64,000 bases of DNA, taken from assembly GCA_024234435.1 (NCBI GenBank), contig JACKOF010000002.1, positions 61,695-125,694 of the forward strand, in the 5' to 3' direction. A model generated the notes under the pieces. It was given only the letters and a program-made list of their open reading frames with translations. It did no database searches and had not been told where the DNA came from. The translations under genes and the position numbers were made by a program. This document shows, piece after piece, positions 46,455-54,382 of this stretch; within the stretch, counting starts at the first letter, position 1; every line of letters starts with the position of its first letter. The stretch is from Pseudomonadales bacterium (GTDB lineage Bacteria; Pseudomonadota; Gammaproteobacteria; Pseudomonadales; Porticoccaceae).

Positions 46455-48356
46455 ATGAATGACCTGCCCTGGCTACTGCCTGCTCCTGAAAATTTTAACG
46501 AGCAATGCGCGCAAATGCTCTCTGCTGATAACAGCCTGGACCGGGCCTGCCAACTGGCAGCCACATCGCTTTCATTGAACCAGTGCAACCGACTGATCAA
46601 AGCTCTGGACAAAAGCCATGATCAACAACAGGCCACCAAATCGCCACTGACACACTTCAAGCTCGGTATCGTCAGCAATGCCACGTTTAACCTGTTTGTA
46701 CCGGCGCTACGAGCCTCAGCGCTTCGCCACGGTATTTTACTTGATGTTGTGTTAGCCGATTTTGACCAGATTATGCAAGAAGCATTAAACCCTGAATCCT
46801 TGATCAATAGTGCCGATGTCGATGCCATATTGATCGCACTGGACCATCGGGGCTACCCTTTCGCTACTGACACCCTTGCCAGCACTACACCCGATACCAC
46901 CGCAGCAGATGCCGTCGAACACCTGAACCAACTGCGTTCGGGGTTTGCACGGCACAGTGGTGCTCCCTGCATAGTGCAAACGCTGGCATGCCCACCCTTT
47001 CCGTTACTGGGAGGGCTTGATACGCAACTGGCAGGGCTGTTGCAAAAAGAAATCCGGGATTTCAACAGCCAACTTTGCGATATTGTCGCCGACAGCACGG
47101 ACATCATGCTCGATATAGCTTCACTTGCCAGCCGCGTCGGAACCGGTCAATGGTTTGATGAGCGGCAATGGTTAATGTCTCGCATTGCCATGGCTAACGA
47201 ATTCATCCCCCTATACTGTGATCATGTTGCCCGCACCCTGGCTGCCATGCGCGGCAAAAGCAAAAAATGCCTTATTCTCGATCTGGATAACACACTTTGG
47301 GGTGGCGTGATTGGTGACGATGGCATGGATGGCATACATATCGGCCAGGGTCATCCTGTGGGAGAAGCTCATCAGGCCATACAGCGGTATGCAAAAGAGC
47401 TGAAAAATCACGGCATTATTCTTGCGATTTGCTCAAAAAATGAAGAAGCCATCGCCCTGCAACCATTCCGGGAACATCCCGATATGGTGTTGCAAGAAGA
47501 GGACATCGCTGTATTCGTTGCCAACTGGAATGACAAAGCCAGCAATATTCAGCATATTGCCCGTACACTCAATATTGGCACCGATGCACTGGTGTTTCTG
47601 GATGATAACCCAATGGAACGCGATATTGTCCGGACGGTATTACCCGAAGTTTCAGTTCCCGAATTACCCGATGATGCAGCGTTGATTCCACGCACACTGG
47701 CTGCGGCAGGCTACTTTGATTTAATCAGCTTTACCACTGACGATGCCCAGCGAAGCGAGCAGTACCGCGCCAATGCTATACGTCAGAAGGCTATGGAGTC
47801 TTCCGGGAATATCGACGACTACCTGGCCAGCCTGGATATGGCCATTGAGTTCAAAGCCTTTGATGCCAGCGGACGCAAACGCATCACACAGCTGATCAAC
47901 AAAACCAATCAGTTTAACCTGACAACCCGACGCTATACCGAAGCAGAAGTGGAACAGTTTGAAGTAAACCCGCAATACATCACCCGGCAGGTTCGACTTT
48001 CCGACAAATTTGGTGACAACGGCATGATCAGTGTGCTGATCGCCAAGAAAGAGCAGGACTGTCTGATTGTTGACACTTGGCTCATGAGTTGCCGGGTAAT
48101 TAAACGCCGCGTTGAAGATGCACTTTGTGACGAACTGGTCGCCGCAGCAAAAGCTGAGGGCATCACAACCATCCGTGGTGTCTACCTTCCTACGTCCAAA
48201 AACCCCCTGGTAAAAGAACACTACCAAAATCTGGGTTTTTCTCTCATTGACAGCACTGATGGCACCGACACATGGGAACTGAACATCAACGATTATCAAG
48301 CCAAAACACCCCCCATGTCCGTCACAAGACAATCACCTGAAATGGTCGGGGCCTGA
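46455..48356 (+). CDS. FkbH-like protein (HAD-IIIC phosphatase domain plus FkbH/GNAT-like C-terminal domain)
   Basis: HAD motif I LILDLDNTLWGG, motif II ICSKN, motif IV FLDDNP. Also INKTNQFNLTTRRY and WLMSCRVIKRRVE blocks. Confidence 0.85.
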   Translation: MNDLPWLLPAPENFNEQCAQMLSADNSLDRACQLAATSLSLNQCNRLIKALDKSHDQQQATKSPLTHFKLGIVSNATFNLFVPALRASALRHGILLDVVLADFDQIMQEALNPESLINSADVDAILIALDHRGYPFATDTLASTTPDTTAADAVEHLNQLRSGFARHSGAPCIVQTLACPPFPLLGGLDTQLAGLLQKEIRDFNSQLCDIVADSTDIMLDIASLASRVGTGQWFDERQWLMSRIAMANEFIPLYCDHVARTLAAMRGKSKKCLILDLDNTLWGGVIGDDGMDGIHIGQGHPVGEAHQAIQRYAKELKNHGIILAICSKNEEAIALQPFREHPDMVLQEEDIAVFVANWNDKASNIQHIARTLNIGTDALVFLDDNPMERDIVRTVLPEVSVPELPDDAALIPRTLAAAGYFDLISFTTDDAQRSEQYRANAIRQKAMESSGNIDDYLASLDMAIEFKAFDASGRKRITQLINKTNQFNLTTRRYTEAEVEQFEVNPQYITRQVRLSDKFGDNGMISVLIAKKEQDCLIVDTWLMSCRVIKRRVEDALCDELVAAAKAEGITTIRGVYLPTSKNPLVKEHYQNLGFSLIDSTDGTDTWELNINDYQAKTPPMSVTRQSPEMVGA

Positions 48357-48357
48357 C

Positions 48358-49812
48358 GTGCCAGAAAAAAAGCGGATTGGTGCGTTCTCGATATCACAGG
48401 CGTTTACCCATGCATTTGCAGAACTGTCTGGCGACAGTAACCCTCTGCATGTGGACCCAATTGCCGCCCGTCGTTATCAATTTGGCACCACCGTTGTGCA
48501 TGGTATCTGTGCTGCATTAAAAGCGCTGGATGTTTTTTTCGGTGCCCAGCCTGCCAGTGGCAACACCCTAGCACTGGCATCGATCAAAATTCAGTTCAAC
48601 AAGCCGCTGCATCACGATGATGATGTGGAAGTGTTTCACAGCATCAATGAAAAATCGCATCGGCTGGAACTGAGCAAAAACGGCAAACGCGCGCAGATCA
48701 TCAGCTTTGAACTGCAATCCATCCATGACAGCGGCAAAGCGACGGTCAAAAGCCTTTCGGAAAACAGCTCTCCGATTTCAATCAACAACTACACTTTTGT
48801 GGAGGCCGCCACTGCCGAAGGCAAGATTCCCTTTAACTGGAATCAACGCCTCGCCGAAGAGCTGTTTCCCAATGCAACAAATGTTTTGCCTGCAAGCCAG
48901 ATCGCTACGCTGCTGGCAACCACCGTTATTGTGGGTATGAAGTGTCCGGGGCTGAACTCTGTTTACGGCGGCTTGAATCTATCATTCAATGCAACGTTAA
49001 TTGCCCAGCCCGGCCCACTGAGCTACCGGGTCAGCGACAGCGACGAGCGTTTTAACCGATTGTTGATTGATACCGAAAACGACATAGCCTCCGGTCAGAT
49101 TGAAACCTTCTACCGCGCACCACCGGTCGTTCAACCTTCTTTCAAGCAAATAAAACCCTTGCTGACCGGCAACGAATTTGCTGCCCAACGTGCACTGATT
49201 ATTGGCGGCTCTCGGGGCCTGGGAGAGATCACTGCAAAAATACTGGCGGCAGGCGGCGCTAAAACTATTATCACCTACGCCAGCGGCCAACAGGATGCCG
49301 AACGTGTCGCCAATGATATTAACGCAGGCAGCGGCTACTGTCAGACCGCCCAATACAATATTTTGAAGCCTGACGTCCACATCGCCCACAGCTTCACCGA
49401 AGAGCCCATCAGCCACATCTATTACCTGGCATCACCGGTTATCAGCAAAAGCGATCACCTGCTGTGGGACGACAGCCTGTTTAACCACTATTACCGCTAT
49501 TACGTTACTGGTCTCAAAGATCTGTTATCCCCTTTTGTAGAAAGTGCCGACTACAAAAAATCGGCGCTGAATATTTTTATCCCTTCCACCGTTTTTCTCT
49601 CGGAACCCATTAAGGGGTTTGGAGAGTATTGTGCTGCTAAAGCCGCCGCCGAAACTTTTGCACAACAGATTCCGCTTGCTGCTCCCAGGTGGTCCGCGTT
49701 CAGACCAAGATTGCCGAGGCTACAAACGGATCAGACCAGTGGCGCCATGTCTGCGGACCCGATGGAAGCCACCACCGTATTACTCAACACTTTATTGTCG
49801 TTGTCATTATGA
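48358..49812 (+). CDS. Bifunctional MaoC-like (hotdog) dehydratase / short-chain dehydrogenase-reductase
   Basis: N-terminus FAELSGDSNPLHVDP...TVVHG (MaoC). C-terminus ALIIGGSRGLGEITA Rossmann loop (SDR). GTG start 1 nt after the FkbH stop. Confidence 0.8.
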   Translation: MPEKKRIGAFSISQAFTHAFAELSGDSNPLHVDPIAARRYQFGTTVVHGICAALKALDVFFGAQPASGNTLALASIKIQFNKPLHHDDDVEVFHSINEKSHRLELSKNGKRAQIISFELQSIHDSGKATVKSLSENSSPISINNYTFVEAATAEGKIPFNWNQRLAEELFPNATNVLPASQIATLLATTVIVGMKCPGLNSVYGGLNLSFNATLIAQPGPLSYRVSDSDERFNRLLIDTENDIASGQIETFYRAPPVVQPSFKQIKPLLTGNEFAAQRALIIGGSRGLGEITAKILAAGGAKTIITYASGQQDAERVANDINAGSGYCQTAQYNILKPDVHIAHSFTEEPISHIYYLASPVISKSDHLLWDDSLFNHYYRYYVTGLKDLLSPFVESADYKKSALNIFIPSTVFLSEPIKGFGEYCAAKAAAETFAQQIPLAAPRWSAFRPRLPRLQTDQTSGAMSADPMEATTVLLNTLLSLSL

Positions 49813-50681
49813 ATCAGCCTGCAGAAAAAACTGTCAGCCCGAACCTTCTTCCCATTGGCGAAGAAAATATCCCCGATGTCGCAGTTTTTTTAAACAGACA
49901 TATGAACAGCACATTCTCTGTCGAAGCGTGGGCGAACGGATTGCGCGCCTGCTGGCTGGAAGACGCACCCAATCATGGCTTTATGCTGCAAGCAGAAGGT
50001 CAGATTGTCGGCGTACTGTGCGCCATCTATTCCCTGCAAAATATTGAAGGCCGCACAGAAAAATTTTGCAATCCGCACACTTGGTGTGTGCTGGAACCGT
50101 ATCGCAGTAAAAGCGTACCCCTGGTGCTCTCGGTTATCCGGCAGGAGGGCTACCACTTCACCATGTTCTCACCCAACAAGGAAGGCGAGCAGATATTCAG
50201 CTACCTGGGGTTCAAACCCCTCGATCGCTCGAAGCTGGTATTGCCACACACCCCCAGCCCAAAGCGTTTCAAAAAAGATGAAATTTTCACCCACGACCTG
50301 ACTCAGTATCTGCCACCAACACTCGCCAAATGCGCCGAAGATCACCAGCCTTATCCCTGGGTGCACAGTTTTGCGTTCCGCTCGGGTGACGAATATTGCC
50401 TGGTTTTTTACAAACCGGGCAAATACAAAAAAATGCCCTGCGCCAACATCACTTACATCAGCAATAAATCTCTGTTCAGCCGTTGCTGGGGCGCTGTAAA
50501 AAATCACCTGTTGTTCAAGAAAGGGCTTTTGGTTACCCGTATTGACGCGCGGTTTCTTGAAAACCCACCCAGGCTATCGTTTAAAACACTTGATGGGCCA
50601 GCCCGTTTTTACCTTAGCAACACCGCCGGGCCTGCAGACATTGAATACATTTATAGTGAACTTACGGTAATGAATCTTTAA
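49809..50681 (+). CDS. Putative acyltransferase-like protein (possibly GNAT fold), function unknown
   Basis: ATGA overlap with the upstream gene. Weak GNAT-like region (GFMLQAEGQIVGVLCAIYS). The call is low-confidence. Confidence 0.4.
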   Translation: MNQPAEKTVSPNLLPIGEENIPDVAVFLNRHMNSTFSVEAWANGLRACWLEDAPNHGFMLQAEGQIVGVLCAIYSLQNIEGRTEKFCNPHTWCVLEPYRSKSVPLVLSVIRQEGYHFTMFSPNKEGEQIFSYLGFKPLDRSKLVLPHTPSPKRFKKDEIFTHDLTQYLPPTLAKCAEDHQPYPWVHSFAFRSGDEYCLVFYKPGKYKKMPCANITYISNKSLFSRCWGAVKNHLLFKKGLLVTRIDARFLENPPRLSFKTLDGPARFYLSNTAGPADIEYIYSELTVMNL

Positions 50682-50722
50682 AATGCACGGCAAACAAGTC
50701 GTACCTATAACGGAATCAAACT

Positions 50723-50971
50723 ATGAACTTGCTGGAAGATATAACTCAGATTGTTGCTGAAGTTTTAATGCTTGACGACCAGGCAGACGGTTTTGATGAA
50801 AACACCGCATTGCTCGGCGCAATCCCCGAATTCGACTCCGTGGCTGTTGTCTCACTGGTCACCGCACTGGAAGACGAGTTTGGCTGCACGTTTGACGACG
50901 ACGAACTCAATGCCGACGTGTTCGCCACTATCGGTAGCCTAACCAAAACTGTCGAACAAAAACTCGCCTGA
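50723..50971 (+). CDS. Acyl carrier protein 2
   Basis: 82 aa, acidic, with Ser-site context IPEFDSVAVVSLV. Confidence 0.8.
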   Translation: MNLLEDITQIVAEVLMLDDQADGFDENTALLGAIPEFDSVAVVSLVTALEDEFGCTFDDDELNADVFATIGSLTKTVEQKLA

Positions 50972-51810
50972 TGAACCAACCGTTCTTCCTCAAACCCGGC
51001 TTTATTGAAGGTGAAAAGGGCCCTCTCTTTGCCATACACCATGAACCGGTTATAAAGGCAGACCGCAATGAGTGCGTGGTCGTTCTTTCCGCATTTGCCG
51101 AAGAAATGAACCGTTGCCGCTATATGCAAAACATGCTTGCACAGGCTCTTAACAAACAAGGTTATGGCCTGATTTGCGTAGACCCCTATGGCACCGGCGA
51201 CAGCGCTGGTGAATTTGCCGACGCTGACTGGAACGGCTGGGTCTCTGACAGTATCACCGCAATCCACTATGCCGCAGAACTGGGCTACAACAAAATTTCG
51301 CTACTCGGCATCCGCCTGGGCGCGTTACTGGCGCTGGCGGCAATGCCTTCGGTAAATAATGTCTCCCACCTGCTTCTGTGGCAGCCGGTATACAACGGCA
51401 AGGCGACTCTGACCCAGTTTCTGCGGCTCAAAATTGCCGCAGCCATGGCACGAGGTGAAGACGGCATTACTACCGCTCAACTGGAAGACGAAATCAATCA
51501 GGGTAGCAGCATTCAGATTGCCGGCTATGATGTCTCCCCGGGCCTTTTCAAGGGTATTCAGCAAGCACATATCAACCACCATTTCGATGCAATTCCAGCG
51601 TCTGTCTCTTGGTTTACCGTATTGCCCAGTGCTGACAAAAAAGCGCCACGAGCAGACCTGCAGACCATAGAAAAATGGCGCAGCAAAGGTGTCCAGATCA
51701 ACCACCAGAATATTGTTGGCCCCGCTTTTTGGCAGGCACATGAACGCACCCTGGCGCCCGATCTTGTTCCTGCTACACTCGCCGCAGTAATCGGAGGTGA
51801 AGCGCCATGA
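50971..51810 (+). CDS. Alpha/beta-hydrolase-fold protein, exosortase-A-associated hydrolase type, with Arg at the nucleophile position
   Basis: TGATG overlap with ACP2. DPYGTGDSAG block. The nucleophile elbow reads LLGIRLGALL instead of GxSxG. Confidence 0.7.
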   Translation: MNQPFFLKPGFIEGEKGPLFAIHHEPVIKADRNECVVVLSAFAEEMNRCRYMQNMLAQALNKQGYGLICVDPYGTGDSAGEFADADWNGWVSDSITAIHYAAELGYNKISLLGIRLGALLALAAMPSVNNVSHLLLWQPVYNGKATLTQFLRLKIAAAMARGEDGITTAQLEDEINQGSSIQIAGYDVSPGLFKGIQQAHINHHFDAIPASVSWFTVLPSADKKAPRADLQTIEKWRSKGVQINHQNIVGPAFWQAHERTLAPDLVPATLAAVIGGEAP

Positions 51811-52664
51811 ACGAAAAGGCGGTTGTCTTCAGCTGCGGTAACGACCCGCTGATAGGCATCATTCACCAACCGGATGAACCCGTAAACACAGGGGTTATTA
51901 TTATCGTTGCCGGTGGTCCGCAATACCGGGTTGGTGCCCACCGGCAATTCGTCACCCTTGGCCGCCAGCTGGCCAGCAAGGGGATTCCCACCCTTCGGTT
52001 TGACCATCGCGGAACCGGCGACAGCAGCGGCGATTACCGCGGCTTTGTCGACATGGACAAGGATATTCAGGCCGCCATTGACACACTATTAAAAGAATAT
52101 CCGCATCTGGAAAAAATTGCCTTATGGGGCGAGTGTGAATCCGCTTCTGCCGCCGCTTTCTATGCCTATAATGACGACAGGGTCAGCGGCCTTTTTCTGG
52201 TCAACCCCTGGATACGAACCGAAGCAGGTCAGGCGAAGACCTACCTCAAACACTACTACCGCAAGCGCTTGCGGGATCCAAAATTCTGGAAAAAATTACG
52301 CTCCGGTGAGTTCTCGTTTTTGAAATCTGCAGAAGCTTATTTGAAGCTGCACTCTGAAGCCAGAAAACAAAAACAGTCCGCGGAAAAACCACAGGAAAAC
52401 CTGAAAGAGTTACCTCTTCCCGAGCGCCTGACCAAAAGCCTGCACCTTTTTGCAGGCAACACCTATATTCTCACCAGCGGCAACGACTATATTGCCCAGG
52501 AATTCAAAGACTTTATGGCCACCTCTGATTTATGGAAAAAATCAGGCATCAATGAAAAATCCACCTTTCACGATATGGCCGATGCTGACCACACCTTCTC
52601 GCGCACAGAGTGGCGGGTAGAGCTCTTTCAGCACACAGAAACCTGGCTATTGGCTAGCCAATAA
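51807..52664 (+). CDS. Alpha/beta-hydrolase-fold protein, exosortase-A-associated hydrolase type, with Cys at the nucleophile position
   Basis: ATGA overlap. DHRGTGDSSG block. Nucleophile elbow LWGECESASAA. His context DADHTF. Confidence 0.7.
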   Translation: MNEKAVVFSCGNDPLIGIIHQPDEPVNTGVIIIVAGGPQYRVGAHRQFVTLGRQLASKGIPTLRFDHRGTGDSSGDYRGFVDMDKDIQAAIDTLLKEYPHLEKIALWGECESASAAAFYAYNDDRVSGLFLVNPWIRTEAGQAKTYLKHYYRKRLRDPKFWKKLRSGEFSFLKSAEAYLKLHSEARKQKQSAEKPQENLKELPLPERLTKSLHLFAGNTYILTSGNDYIAQEFKDFMATSDLWKKSGINEKSTFHDMADADHTFSRTEWRVELFQHTETWLLASQ

Positions 52665-52688
52665 GAACGCACCCACGGAACTGCGACT

Positions 52689-53411
52689 ATGAAAAAAAAC
52701 GTCATCATCCTCACCCACGGCTGGACCGGCAGCTCCGTTTTTTCTGCACTGATTGGCAAAGCCGGATACTGGAAAGGTGACAACACCCACAAGAAACCTG
52801 ACTACGACACACATGAAAATAAAGAGCTTATTCAGCTGAATGAACGGCTGATGTCTGAGTTAGGCTTCACGGGTGACCACGAGCACGAATTCGATCTGGC
52901 AACCATTCAAAACCTGGCCAAACGCGCCGAAAATATCGACCTGTCTCCCTATCAGGAGTTTGTCGACAAGTGCGAGCAAAACAAACCCTGGATCTGGAAA
53001 GACCCGCGCCTGACATGGACTATTCGCGTATGGGCCAAACTTTTGGATTTAAAAAATATTGCTTTCGTGATTCTCACCAGAGATGATGAACAGGCTTGGA
53101 TATCCTGCAACCTGAGACGGCATATTCAAAGCAAACGTTTTACCAAAGCCTACAATCACGGCATCACCTCTTCACTTCAGAAATTTCTCGATGAAAACCA
53201 GTGTGGTTTCGTGAAATACGAGTTTGAAGATTTGTTGCTCACGCCAGATAAGACCATCGAAGAGCTAAACGGTTTTCTTGATATTAACCTGACTATGGAA
53301 GACCTGACATCTGTCTATCGATATCCTCTTTACAAAAAGTCTCGGAATTGGAAAGACAAGCTGGAGGCAACAGCTATTTATCTGAAAAACTATAAAGAGC
53401 GCTATCGATAA
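52689..53411 (+). CDS. Sulfotransferase-like protein
   Basis: N-terminal PAPS 5'-phosphate-binding-like loop ILTHGWTGSS and 3'-phosphate-binding-like block VILTRDDEQAWIS. Confidence 0.5.
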   Translation: MKKNVIILTHGWTGSSVFSALIGKAGYWKGDNTHKKPDYDTHENKELIQLNERLMSELGFTGDHEHEFDLATIQNLAKRAENIDLSPYQEFVDKCEQNKPWIWKDPRLTWTIRVWAKLLDLKNIAFVILTRDDEQAWISCNLRRHIQSKRFTKAYNHGITSSLQKFLDENQCGFVKYEFEDLLLTPDKTIEELNGFLDINLTMEDLTSVYRYPLYKKSRNWKDKLEATAIYLKNYKERYR

Positions 53412-53507
53412 CGAAAAGGTCACGCAACAGAATAAGCCGACTTCCTATCCACAAATTTACGTATTATTTCAATCAATAGTTGCGGGCTTCACCCAAACTT
53501 TAAAGTC

Positions 53508-53564
53508 GTACCTGACCCTACTTACTCTTACTGTACCTGACCCTACTTACTCCCCTACTTACTC
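53508..53564. repeat. Pyrimidine-rich tandem direct repeat (25-nt period)
   Basis: GTACCTGACCCTACTTACTC occurs at 53508-53527 and 53533-53552, followed by the partial unit CCCTACTTACTC at 53553-53564. Located in a convergent intergenic region. Confidence 0.9.
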
Positions 53565-53587
53565 ACTACTACTTTCTTTGGCACGTT

Positions 53588-54286
53588 TCACATGCTATCC
53601 CTTACCGTAATAACAACTTCTGTTGTACGAATATGATCCAACAACTTTTCAGTCACATCTACAATCTGTTGAGATCGGTTGTAAAGCACGGTACTGCTCC
53701 GTTTTGAAAGCACCAAAGCGTACTCGTTTTCAAAACGTTGTTTGATTAACTGATGAAGTAAAGCTTTAACAGCTTTTTTGATTTTTTGCTCATGAGATGA
53801 TCTTTCCTTGAATAATTTATTAATGGCGACCTGTTTTTCTGTCAGGTCATGAATAAGCGGGTCATCCTCCAACTGCTTTTGGCAAACGCGATCAGTAGAG
53901 AAGGCAAGTTTCGTGGGAGATGGGGGTACAGTCAGGTCAGAACCACCAACAGATTTGGAATTAGATATTTTTCTCGACTCGCTCTTTTTTTCTGTACAAC
54001 GAGCTCTGATTTGCCGTTTCAAGTTATTGATCTGTTTACTCAGATCACGTCTTTCTTGGTTCAGCCCTTCGTCATCCTTAAGCCCCTCTGGATAAGGGTT
54101 CTGGGACTTAGCAATATCGGTAAGCATTTTAGTTGCCTGATATTCGTCGACCACAGCCCATTGAGCAGGTTCGGATGCTGGTGTTTTGAAGTCGCAACCC
54201 GACAAGATTATTAAAACCAGGACAGCAGTTATGGCATATGCTATATGTTTAAACCTTGAATTTTTATCCAAAGTAGATTGAGCCAT
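53588..54286 (-). CDS. Hypothetical lipoprotein with a coiled-coil region
   Basis: Lipobox LIILSGC. Charged, helical remainder. No homology recognised. Confidence 0.5.
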   Translation of the reverse strand: MAQSTLDKNSRFKHIAYAITAVLVLIILSGCDFKTPASEPAQWAVVDEYQATKMLTDIAKSQNPYPEGLKDDEGLNQERRDLSKQINNLKRQIRARCTEKKSESRKISNSKSVGGSDLTVPPSPTKLAFSTDRVCQKQLEDDPLIHDLTEKQVAINKLFKERSSHEQKIKKAVKALLHQLIKQRFENEYALVLSKRSSTVLYNRSQQIVDVTEKLLDHIRTTEVVITVRDSM

Positions 54287-54382
54287 AGCAAATCCTTTGC
54301 TTCTGTTAAGTTAGCGAGAAGACTAAGCGGCGCCATAAAATCTGTCAATCCGGAAAACGCGGCAAGTCTGATGCTGATAATG

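Noticed and set aside
47721-48332. 203-aa minus-strand ORF inside the FkbH-like gene
   Set aside because: It is antisense to a gene with clear HAD-IIIC/FkbH motifs, and its translation has no recognisable features. It is a shadow ORF.
53508-53564. Whether the direct repeats could be a minimal CRISPR array
   Set aside because: The units are contiguous with a 5-nt spacer rather than roughly 30-nt unique spacers. There are only two full units, and no cas genes are present.
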